Shown: positions 25,466-36,195 of the stretch, one piece after another
Position numbering within the stretch: position 1 is the first letter of the stretch
How the letters are laid out: the number at the start of each line of letters is the position of its first letter
DNA from: Hypanus sabinus
Lineage: Eukaryota
Length of the DNA: 64,000 bases
Assembly (NCBI RefSeq): GCF_030144855.1
Contig: NC_082707.1
Span: 71,176,001-71,240,000 of the forward strand
Direction of reading: 5' to 3'
Notes under the pieces: generated by a model
Told to the model about the DNA's origin: nothing
The model's database searches: none
What the model saw: the letters and a program-made list of their open reading frames with translations, nothing else
Made by a program: the position numbers and the translations under genes

Positions 25466-25599
25466 AATGTCCAGTAGCTTTATCAACTTGTTTGAAGCCT
25501 TCTGGCTGGTTAGTGATTTGCTGATTGAGGCCCAGCAGCGTAGGCACTTTGTCAGAGGTTACAAGCCGGTTAATCACAACAGTTGTCCTTGCCGGGTAC

Positions 25600-28500
25600 T
25601 ACTTCAGCTTGCTTGTAGTGCTTGGCATGTACCCACTTACTTTACCTTCTACCTCCACTGCTGAGTTAGTAATTAACAGCACTTGATAAGGACCCTCCCA
25701 TCGAGGTCCCAGTGGTTCCTTAATATACCTCCCAAAATAAATTGAAAGTGGACAGTAACCAGAGTGGAGGCTAATAGCAAAAGGGAGAGAAGAAGTAAAA
25801 AGATAGCAGAGCAGCATGGTCAGCTCTTTTTATACCCCATAGTTAAAAAAAAATTCCATTCAAACTTGTAGGTAAGAGTTAACCAATCAGATAGCCCTGT
25901 TCATATAATGCAGCACCAGAGAAGCTTCCAGCATTCTTCAGAACATTACAAAAAACTGTAGTAACTGGGGACATACTGAACAACAGCATACTGTGGCATG
26001 AGGAAACAAACAGTTACACGTACACTATATAAGTTAGTATGTAAAAAATACTAGCAGGTAATCCCAGTGGTTCCTTAATCAGGATCCATTCATCGGGAAT
26101 CAAAATATGTCCTTCTGATAGATCACTGCAGGCAGCAGAAACCTGCAGAGAAGCAGACTGGACAGCTTGGGTTAATTTCACACAATAGTTAATTTAACTG
26201 TCTCCCCTAATGGTTTTTGCAGCCTCTCTGAGATTGAGTGCTCCTGGCAGGGACATAGATGGCACCTCAAATGGACTTAATATTTTCTTGTTTGGGGTTT
26301 CTCTGATGCTACACAAGAGTCATAGGCCATGGTATGCCTTCTTGCCTTCTTCATGTTACTTAGTCAGTCATTGGTTGATGGTTCCATTCATTTGTTGACT
26401 TCTCCTGATGACTCAGGATGATGTGGACAATGAAAAGACCACTCAATGTTCATTAGTTGACATAGGTCCAGACAAACACTCCCAGTGAAATGTGTCCCTT
26501 GGTCAGAGTCAATGTAACATGGCAATCCCCATCTAGGAATATAGTTCTTAATCAGAATTTTTTGCTCTGTGTGTGGCAGTAGCCATCCTTGTTGGAATAG
26601 CTTCCATCCATCTTGAAAACTTGTCCACTATTAGCAGAGCATCCCAGTACTGTTGACACTTTGGCAAAGTTATATTGTCCACTTGAAAGTGTTAAAATGG
26701 ACCAGGTGTGGTAGGAACACTTAATTGTGGTAGCTTTTCCATTGCTCCAGGATTCATTTTTCGGCATGTCATGTAACTTTCAAGTGTTTGTCATGCTTGT
26801 GCCCTGAACTTTGGATTCCACCACCATTGTGTCGATCATCTTTTCCACTCCATTGTGTCCTAGGGAGTGTGTCTTCTGTGTCAGGTAAGGAAGCAGTGTA
26901 ACTGGAGCTACAATGTCTGTGACTAGTGCCATATCTCCATGCTCCATCACTGCTTAACTTCCCACTATTCTCCATCCACAACCACTTTTCCTGGTTAGAG
27001 CATTCAGGTTGTATCTTTTGATAATCTTGTATGTTCATCTGTGAGACAGTGTTCAACTTTGTTTTCATAATTCCAGTTAACAGGTTCAATGCACATTTAC
27101 TTGGAATTTCTTCTTCTTTTGTTTCCTTTGCTGTGTTGCTCTTTCTGCAATTTCATCTGTGAATACACTCCCACAGCTTTCCATTGTAGCCATTTGGAGT
27201 GGCTTTTACATTTTAGTACAGCAACTTCTGATGGCAATTGTATGACATCCATCATTTCTTGTACTAGTTGGCCATTCTTGATTGAGGTTCCTCTTCAGCT
27301 AAAGATACCCTCATCAGCTCCGTAAGTTTCCAAAATCATGAATAATTGCAAAGGTATATCGAGAATCAGTGTAGATATTAGCTGATCTTCCTCCTGCCAA
27401 CTTACAGGCTTCAAAGCTTTTAAATCTGCCCTTTGCGCAGAGTTACCAGCAGCCATGCTTCCTGATGCCAGCACTTCAGGTCCAGAAATAATGGCCCACC
27501 TGGCTATTCAAATTCTTCTCTCAATTGTTGAGGAGCCATCAGTGTATAGTATCATATTTGGGTTCCACAAAAACATTTCTTTGTAATAATTTGCATCCTC
27601 ATGGCAGGTTATTGGTTCAGCACAGTATTGGTCATCAGAATCTTCAATGTCTAACAGTAACAGTGTAGCTGGGTCACACATAATGCTAGAAACAGCCATG
27701 ATTACCAGATAGGTTGACTGCACTGCCCATAAATGTATGCCCCAACCTCCTGCTACATTATGCAATTTAACAGAGTAATAACCAACAGGACACGTAGGTC
27801 TCCATGTTCTTGAGTTCAGATTGCCATCAGGTAGTATGCTTCTCAATCAATGGAGGTGCACTGTACAATGTCACCTTTAAAGTTTGAAACGCTTTCAGTT
27901 GTTCTTCATTAAGAGTCACGGGGTCATCTGAGCACTTACTGCCCTTCAGCAGATTGTTGAGCAATTTCAGTGCATGAGTCAACCCTGGCTCAGTTGTTGT
28001 TGTGCAAACCCAGAAATAACCAGAGTGGCTGGTCTGTTATAGGTGGCTTTGCTGACTTAACAACTTTTGCATGATCCTCAGTGGTTTCCCAAGGAAATTT
28101 TCTATCCCAAGAAAATTACTTCTTGTTGCAATTGTACCTTGTGTCACTTAACTTTGTGACCTTTGGAGGATAGATAATCAAGCAAATAAAGCACACCATG
28201 TTCAAGTTGGTCTGCAGCTTTGGATGCAATCAGAACATCATCCACATATTGTATGATGGTTGAATCAATGGCTGGTAAGTCCCACAGATGTTGTCTCAAA
28301 GCCAGTCGGACTGTTGTAGAGCCCTTGTGTTAGATTCATGCACTGGTGTTGTTCATTAACTGTAAAAGCCAACCATGGTTGTCATTCAGACACCAGTGGC
28401 ACTGACCAGACCCACTATCCATATCAATATGGGTAAACCACTTGTGTAAGCGGTTCAGAGCTTTAGGAATGCTTGATGGATCTGCCGCCAAAGAGGCTGG

Positions 28501-28980
28501 ACTGTCAATGTATTGATTAGCTATCCAGTAATCACTGTTGGTCTTCAGGTACCATTCACTTTCTTACAAGCCAGAATGGACTATTAGATGGGCTGTGAAT
28601 CTTAACCAAATTCCCTCGCTCCTCCAGTTGGTTGACAAAATATTCTACTCTGAGGTTACTGCTTGGTACAAAATGGTATCTTTCCAGCAAACTCAATAGG
28701 ATTCATTTCCAGCAGGTCACATAGTTTATTTTTTGACCATGTGGAATGATTGGTGAATTCAGATTTGGCCAACTGCATAAGATTCCAAACCCTCTACCCT
28801 TTACCCTCTACCAATTCGGGGGTGGAGTTTAAAGCTTAAAAAAATCCTTTCCAAGAGGAGTTTGTGAGACATCTCTTACCCAGAAATGTGCTTCTTGTAG
28901 TTGAGGATCAAGTTGTACCTTGACTGGTTTGCTTTTGGTTATTATACATGGTAGGCCAGAACCTGCATCTTATAAGAATT
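25600..28980 (-). pseudogene. pol: Retroviral pro-pol pseudogene (protease, RT, RNase H, integrase) with many stops and frameshifts
   Basis: PR end QTPLGKDF. RT SPSNSPFWLVRK...KWFTHIDM...WSVPL...AFT...QGLYNSP...IIQYVDDVLIAS (YVDD at 28237-28248). RNaseH LYTDGSS, SAQRADLKA, ANIYTDSRY. IN VDKFSRWMEAIP...IPRWGLPCYIDSDQGTHFTG...HHPESSG and C-terminal LGPRWEGPYQVLL. Confidence 0.92.
25725..26061 (-). repeat. Partial LTR copy (U3-R region) inserted in the integrase C-terminus
   Basis: Collinear with 24780-25092 (shared GGACAGTAAC, TTTTATACCCCATAG, GAGTTAACCAATCAGATAG). Flanked by TCCCAGTGGTTCCTTAAT at 25707-25724 and 26062-26079. Confidence 0.85.
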
Positions 28981-29280
28981 CAGCATTCTCATTTTCAATA
29001 AGTTAACATCTAATTTTTGCTCTTTCAAGGTAAGCAAGAACTGCAGGGAAGGGCCTAGTTATTATCTTGTCCATGACGGTGCATGCATTATATCTAACAT
29101 TTTTTCTTGAAAATCATGCTGTCAAATCAGAATTTTCTGTACTTTGAGAAGCAAGGGATTCTGGTTGTAGTCCTACCAAATTTCACTGGAGAAAGCCAGC
29201 TTCTATTTACCCATTGTATACCCCTCATAATTTTGTATACCTTTATCAGGTCTCTGTCTTCTATGTTCTAAGAAATAAAA

Positions 29281-30150
29281 GGTTCAAAGGTTCACTTGTT
29301 ATCAAAGCATGTATCAATATACAACTTGAAATTTGTATTCTCCAGGTGACCACAAAAACAAAGGAAGAATGAATCATTCTGAGAGAAACATCAAACCCAC
29401 CCCCCCTGTACAAAAATGAATGACATTCTGATCATCAAGCACACTCCTCCACACACAAAATGGAACAGGAACATTGGTCCCCAAAAAGTAACCCTCCCTC
29501 ACACTGATAATTAACAGAACATTAACCCCAAATGCCCTCCCCTCGCACAACAAAACGGAAAGGAATGGGTGATAAAGAACACAGAATATGTAAACCATTA
29601 GTCTGAAAAAGCCCACAGTCCTTAAACGCAATAGTCCAATCCATAAACGCAGAAACACAATACCATCCTGCACCATCATTGACATTGATTGAAAGAGAAG
29701 AGAAGGACAGTACACAAGGCAGAAAGGCTTACCCGCCTGTCACAGACAGCCTCACAGCGACAGGCTACTCAAAAGGAAGGCACCCGGTGTCGAAACTCTT
29801 GCTCACTTCCACATTCGCCTCGATGTTTCAGTCTGCTTCGAAGCTTTAATCGGTGAATACTGGACACTTTAAATGATGAAATGAAGTCGAACATTGACTT
29901 GTACCCCATTCCAAAGTTCCTTCACAATGAGGCCATCCCAGTGCACGCTCGCTTCCTGGAATCTTCTTGGAGACAGCGAAGAGCTAGATCATGCAAATGT
30001 TCTTCAAGCTGTAAATTGCAGGCTCTAACTCCAACAGTCGTGGGAACATACTTAAGGTGAAAAACAAATGTAAAAGAAGTAAAATGAATATTTTTGTGAG
30101 TTATCAGGAAGATGTCGACCTAGATGTTGTATGCTGGCGTCATCTTGACC
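29281..30150 (-). mobile_element. Non-autonomous LINE-derived (Rex1-like ends) element
   Basis: Minus strand starts GGTCAAGATGACGCCAGC and ends in a TGAACCTTTGAACC tail, with no coding content. The host CR1 resumes after it (ATAAAA on both sides). The tail end resembles 42838-43536. Confidence 0.6.
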
Positions 30151-30400
30151 AGATAAAAGTCATAACATATTCAACCTTTTCTTGTTACTCAGGTCCTCCA
30201 GACCCAGCAATATCCTTTCAAATTTTCTGTGTACTCTTTCAAACTTATTTACATCTTTCCTGTAGGTGGGTGACCATGATAATCCAGAAAAGGCCTGAAC
30301 AATGTCTTCTATATCTTCAGCGTAGCATCCCATCTCCTGTACTCCAGTACTTTGATGGCCAATGTGCCGAAGTTTTCATCAACACCCTATCTACCTGTTA

Positions 30401-30543
30401 CAAACAAGAAAAAAGATCTACAGATGTTGGAAATCTGAGCAGCAACCACAAAATGATGGAGGAACTCAGCAGGCCAGGCGGCATCTATGGAAAAGAGTAT
30501 AGTTGATGTTTCAGGCCATAATGATTCAGCAGGACAGCAGGAA
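30401..30543 (-). mobile_element. Short Penelope-derived tail unit with 13-bp target-site duplication
   Basis: TATCTACCTGTTA (30388-30400) and TATCTACTTGTTA (30544-30556) flank a 143-bp unit homologous to 41885-42019. Confidence 0.8.
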
Positions 30544-32789
30544 TATCTACTTGTTATGCCACTATCAATGAATTATGGACCTGTATTCCCAGATCACTTG
30601 GTTCTACCATATTCCTCGGTCCCTACTGTTCACTGTGTAAGACCTACCCTGGCTGGTCCTACAGAAGTACGCCTTACACTTGTCTGCAATGAATTCTTTC
30701 TGCAATTTTTCCAACTGATCCAGATCCCTCTACAAGCCATGGTAGCCTTCCTCGATGTACACTATATCCTCAATTTTTGTATCACCTGCAAATTTACTGA
30801 TCCAGTTAACCACACTCATCCAGATCGTTCACATAGTTGACAAACAACAACGGACCCAGAACTGATCCCTATGGCACAGCACTCATCACAGGTCTCCAGT
30901 CAGAGAGGCAACCATCTACTATCACAGTCTCTGGCTTCTCCCACAAAGCCAACGTGTAATCTAATTTACTACCTCATCTTGAATGCTGAGTGACTGAACC
31001 TTCTTGACCAATTTCTCCTGGTGGGACCTTGTCAAATGCCTTGCTAAAGTCTATGTCGACAACATCCTTGCCGTCATCCAAAAAACTCGAGATTGGTTAG
31101 ACAAGATCTACCACAACAAAGCCATGTGGACAGCCCTTAACCATGTCATGTCTACTACGCAAGTACGTATATATCTGGTCCCTTAAAATATCTTCCAATA
31201 ACTTTCCCACACTGAGGTCAGTCTCACCGGCCTATAATTTTCTGGTTTATGCTTAGAGCCTTTCTTAAACAGCAGAACAGCATTGGCTATCCGCCAATCC
31301 TCTGGTACTTCTCCTGTCACCAAGGATGATTTAAATATCCCTATTAGGGCACTTAACTCTTGCAGGATTTCAGGGGACACCTTGTCAAGCCTGGGGATTT
31401 ATCCCTCCTGATTTGCCACAGGGTAGCAAGCACCTCCTCCTCTGTAATCTGTTCAGGGTCGGTGAAGTTGATGTTGTTTTGCCTTACTTCTATAGACTCT
31501 GTGTCCATCTCCTGAGTGAAAGCAGATGCAAAAGAATTATTTAAAATCTCCCCCATCTCTTTTGACTCTACACATGGATTTCCATTCTGATCTTACAGAG
31601 GACCAAGTTTATCCTTTGAAATCCTTTTGCTCAAAACATATCTGTAGAATCCCTTAGGGCAACTTCATACCTTATTTAGCCCTCCTGATTTCTTCCATAA
31701 GCGTCTCTTGCATTTCTTGTACTCCATAAGCATCTCATTTGTTCCTACCTGCCTCTACCTCTAGGCACCTTTTTTTTAATAACTAGGGCTTCAATATCTT
31801 GAAAACTAAGTTTCTCTTATACAAGCTACCTTTATCTTTTATTCTGACAATTATATGAAAGCTTTGTACTCTCATTAATTTCACTTTTGAAGGCCCCCCA
31901 CTTATCAAGTACTCCTTTGCCGGAAGACAGCCTGGCCCAATCCACAGTTGCCAGATCATTTCTGATAGCATCAAAATTGGCCTTTCTCCAATTTAGAATC
32001 TCAACCCATGGACCAGACCTCTTTTCATATATTTACTTCAAAACTAATGGCATTGTGGTCAATGGATGCAAAGTGTTCCCCTACACAAACTTTTGTTATT
32101 TGCCCTGTCTCATTCCCTAATAGCGGATCAAACATTGCTTACTCACTTGTTAGGACTTCCACATACTGATTAAGGAAACTTCCCTGAACACATTTGAGAA
32201 ACTCTGTCCCATCTGATCTTTTATTGTATGGCAGTCCCAGTCAATATGTAGAAAGTTAAAATCACCAACTGTATCTACCTTATGCTTCTTGCAACTATCT
32301 GTAATCTCTCTACAAATTTGTTCCCCTAAATTGCTAAGACTGTTGGGTGGTCTGTAATATAGCCCCATTGATGTGGTCATACCTTTCTTATTTCTCATTT
32401 CCACTCACAATGCCTCACTAGTTCTCCAGTCTGTCCTGATGGAGCACTGCCATGATATTTTCCCCAACTAATAATAACACCTCTCCTCTTTTAATCCCTT
32501 TCGCTCTGTCACATCTAAGGCAATGGAACCCCGGAATACTGAGCTGCCAGTTCTGCCCCCTCCTGCAGCCAAGTCTCATTATGTCATAATTGCAGGTATT
32601 GATCCATGCCGTAAGTTCATTTGTCTTTCTTACGATACTTCTTGCATTGAAATATACGCAGCTAAGGACACTGGTCACACCATGTGCAACCTTTTGATTC
32701 CTGACTTTGAAGCCTGACCAGCATCTGTCTCCACAACCTCTCCTCTGTCTGTTCAGGCACTCTGGTTCCCATCCGCCAAATGTTGTGTC

Positions 32790-33550
32790 TGTAATTCATC
32801 TTGTCTCTTCTTTCCTGAATTGATGAGTTATTTACTTGCTTAGTTAACTCACAAATTTGATTCTCAAGCTGACAGTATGTTGGCTTAAGCTGTTCTTCTG
32901 ACCCAGTGCGTTTATGCTTTTTTAACTACTTTAAAATTGCTGTCACGGGGGTGGTCTTTTTTGCTTGAAGTTATTTTCTGGATCTTATTCCATAGTTGCA
33001 CATATTATATAAGAGCTATATTTCATTAGACTCAACATCAATGGTATATTTTGTCTGGAGTTTTTCAGTAAATGTATCAAACTGGAATGTTTTAATCAAA
33101 TAAGACCTCAAACCCTCAGTTATCTGTTCACATGTAATGGGAGATTCTGTAATTGGTTTCGGGAAATTGGCCATTGTCACAATTCCATCTCATTACACTT
33201 AATTCGTACATACTTTGACTGTGATCTCGGAGTATTAATAGGTTGTCCTGCAACCCAAAGTTTACTCAATTACTCCCCTAACCTGTACGTATTGTGCCCC
33301 ATGGCTTGTAAGTATTTAATTTCTTTCACACTCCACCGGTTTACACATATTCATGCTCCATCACTTATGCATATTTGATTATCTTTGTGCTCCTCCGGCT
33401 TTTCAGATCAGTTTCTTTTTCAACATAACAACTTTTCAAAATCATCTTCTCAATTCTACTTCCATCCAATGATGCATTGAAGCCAGGACTAGGTTTTCTT
33501 TCAGACAATTTGTAATTAGAAGAAACTCTTATCTCACTTGTTGCATGCTG
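32790..33550 (-). pseudogene. Leader/gag remnant of the provirus
   Basis: Position between the PBS and pro-pol, and an A-rich, codon-like minus strand. No diagnostic motif recognised. Confidence 0.4.
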
Positions 33551-33602
33551 AATAAGTTACACTTCCTTTGTGATTCTTCCAAACCCTTAAGTCTTCGCAA
33601 CT

Positions 33603-33620
33603 ATCCTGCTGACTATGCCA
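33603..33620 (-). promoter_or_regulatory. Primer-binding site complementary to tRNA-Ser
   Basis: Minus strand TGGCATAGTCAGCAGGAT versus TGGCGTAGTCGGCAGGAT (complement of the vertebrate tRNA-Ser 3' end). 16/18 match, both differences CpG->CpA; 3 nt after the LTR end. Confidence 0.85.
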
Positions 33621-33623
33621 ACT

Positions 33624-33760
33624 TATTGGATTTTGATGTTTTTAATCCAAGGTTCTTTTGGAAGTTGGGAAAGAGGCATAAAGCTTGTTGCTTCCTGATC
33701 ATTTTACTAAGTGTTAGTAGAACAAAGAAAATTGAAAACAAGCAGTAACCTTAGCAGAGT
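33624..33760 (-). repeat. 5' LTR remnant (R-U5 only)
   Basis: 33626-33690 matches 24698-24762 (56/65) and 33720-33758 matches 24771-24808. Homology stops near 33760. Confidence 0.8.
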
Positions 33761-35659
33761 TTTCAAACAATCCTTTAGCTTTCCATTTCCTTCTTTGTAG
33801 AAGTGTAAGATTTTGGTCAACTTAATAACTACAGGTACTTTGGGAATTATGAAACTACTATTTAACATGCCATAAATTTAGAATTCATAGAGTACACTGT
33901 CACAAAAAATAAGTTATTGACCCTTTTATTAATCTTTGGATCAATCTTTTTCTTCGGTATTCATTTATTTTTGAAATGTGGATGAATGCCTCTGTTAGAT
34001 TACTGAGCAATGCATACATTAGGAATATGCAGGGTATTTCTTTATTAATGTTGAATTACCTTCCAGCCTTCTAAGTCAAATGATGCATCCTGGAACAGAC
34101 TGGATCTTCAGTGCACACCATATCTCAGGCTTCAGCTAATTTTGTAATCCATTAGTCAAGTCTGTAGCCTTTTAACCAGCAGCTTAATTTCAATTTGATT
34201 GAAATTAATAACTACATTAGTGCAAACCATTTCCATTTCTTTTGAAAGAAATTCTTTGAAGGAAGTGCAAAATCTGTAAATTCATTTCTTTTACAAATAA
34301 TTTAATGAAGAACAATCCACAGTGATAATGTTGAATGAACTGGAAAATTGATAACTTAGAGGCCATTAAAAGGTGGCTTCTTTTTTCTTTCCTTTCTTTT
34401 CATAATATCAAACAACTTTTAAAAGGCAGTTGTGGACAATACATGGATTGAAGGAGCAAATGCAGACAAGTGTGTCTAGTTTGGATGGGCATCTTGGTTA
34501 GTATGGGCCATTTGGGCTGAAGGGCCTGCTTCCTGCTTAATAACTCTATGATAACTTTAAAGATAATTTAAGGAAGACTACTCAAATGTCACATTCTTTC
34601 TGTAAATAAAGTAATATGATACAACTCATAATAGAAATGAAGCAAAGGGTGAGCATATTACTGTGGACCTTTTACTTTAACACACTGCAGATAGGAAGAT
34701 TTCATAGTATGTTATACAATGGGATCAGCAGTTGAGCATTCAGTAATTTGGTGAGAAAATGCCACAAGAAAATATAACTGGGTATTCAGTGCTGTGATGC
34801 AGACAAATTAAGATAATTTTGAAATATTAACATGAAGACTGTCAGCTGTTGAGGAGTTTAGGATGTTGTGATGATGCTTTTAAATGGGTTGAGCTATTAC
34901 GTGAGTTCCAGTTCTGGTGCCATCTTCAGTTTAGTATTTAATTCATACCCCTGCCCCACAACCATCTCACTAAAATTGGATTGCTTTTATCTTAGATGTA
35001 ATAATATTTTGAAATGTTTTTGCTTTCTAGTGTGCCAGAGCATTAGCAGCCAGCTGGTATGATCCATCTGAGAAAAATACTTATGACTGAAGAATAATCT
35101 GAAATAGACAATGCTTTATACTCAATGTGGTTTAAAGAAGAATTTCCTTTAACAGATTGAACCTGGCAGATTTGTAAGTGAACAGTACCAACCTTGTACT
35201 CGAGTACAGACTGAAGCTTTAAATGTTTCTTCCATTTAATTTGCTTTGAGCTTTATTGGTAGATTCAATTGAGAAGACTGAATTGTATTAACTTAAATTG
35301 AGCCTTGTGCTGTCATAGCAAGCAGCTCTGCAGCATTTCTGATATCTCTAGAATTTAATTTCTGTGCGTTCGACACTTTGGGGGCTATGCATCAAAATAA
35401 AACTGCCATCAGCAAATAAAGTTTTTTAAATTGTGTGAAGGAGGCATGGTAATTAACTTAGACAAATAATAATTGCAGTGAGAGTGTTGAAATTATGTTA
35501 TTGCCAGGAGGCCTGAAGATATGTTGGTCACAGTATAAATTTGAATCTATTGTAAAAATCTGCAATTCCGACAAAAGCTAATGTCCCTATTCAATTGACT
35601 TTCTTCCTTCAGGCCTTCATTTCATTCCATTGAGTGGTAAAATTATTGTCTCCTATTTA

Positions 35660-36195
35660 GTTCATAAGTCATAGGAGCAGAAACAGGCCATTCAGCCCAT
35701 CAAGTCTGCTCCATCATTCCATCATGGCTGATTTATTATGCATATCAATCCTGTTTGCCTGTCTTCTCCTCATAACCTTTGACACCCTTATTAATCAAGA
35801 ACCTATCAACCTCCTCTATACATTTACACAATGACTTGGCCTCCACAGCTGTCTGTTGCAAATAATTCCACAGATTTGCCATCCCCTGGTTAAATAAATT
35901 CCTCCTTATCTCTGCCCTACGGGAAGGCCTTCTGAAGCTGTGGTCTCTATTCCTAGGCTCCCCAACTATAGGAAACATCCTCTTTATATTCACTCTATCT
36001 AGACTTTTGTATATTTGATATGCTTCAATGAGATCCTTCCTCATTCTTCTACACTCCAGTGAGTACAGGCCCAGAGCCATCAAACATTCTTCATACATTA
36101 ACCCTTTTATTCTCCGGAATATTCATTGGGCCTTCTCCAGTGACAGATTCTTCTTAGGGAAGGGGTCCAAAACTACTCATAATACTCCATGTGCA
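35660..36195 (-). mobile_element. CR1 LINE 3' fragment
   Basis: ORF 35745-36098: LGLYSLECRRMRKDLIEAY...ANLWNYLQQTAVEAKSL, followed by the CR1 3' UTR. Confidence 0.85.

Larger units (their letters stand above)
29170..32775 (-). mobile_element. CR1 LINE (APE endonuclease to RT, internally deleted) inserted in the provirus
   Basis: SCVYFNARSI, YYRPPNS, VGDFNF (endonuclease); GEVPEDWRIAN...NYRPVRLTSV (RT). Itself interrupted at 29281-30150 and 30401-30543. Confidence 0.9.
24696..33760 (-). mobile_element. Decayed endogenous retrovirus (class III, ERV-S/SnRV-like) provirus
   Basis: Correct order on the minus strand: LTR(R-U5), PBS, gag-like region, PR, RT, RNaseH, IN, env remnant, PPT, LTR. The two LTR ends share a 65-bp block with 9 mismatches. 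Confidence 0.9.
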
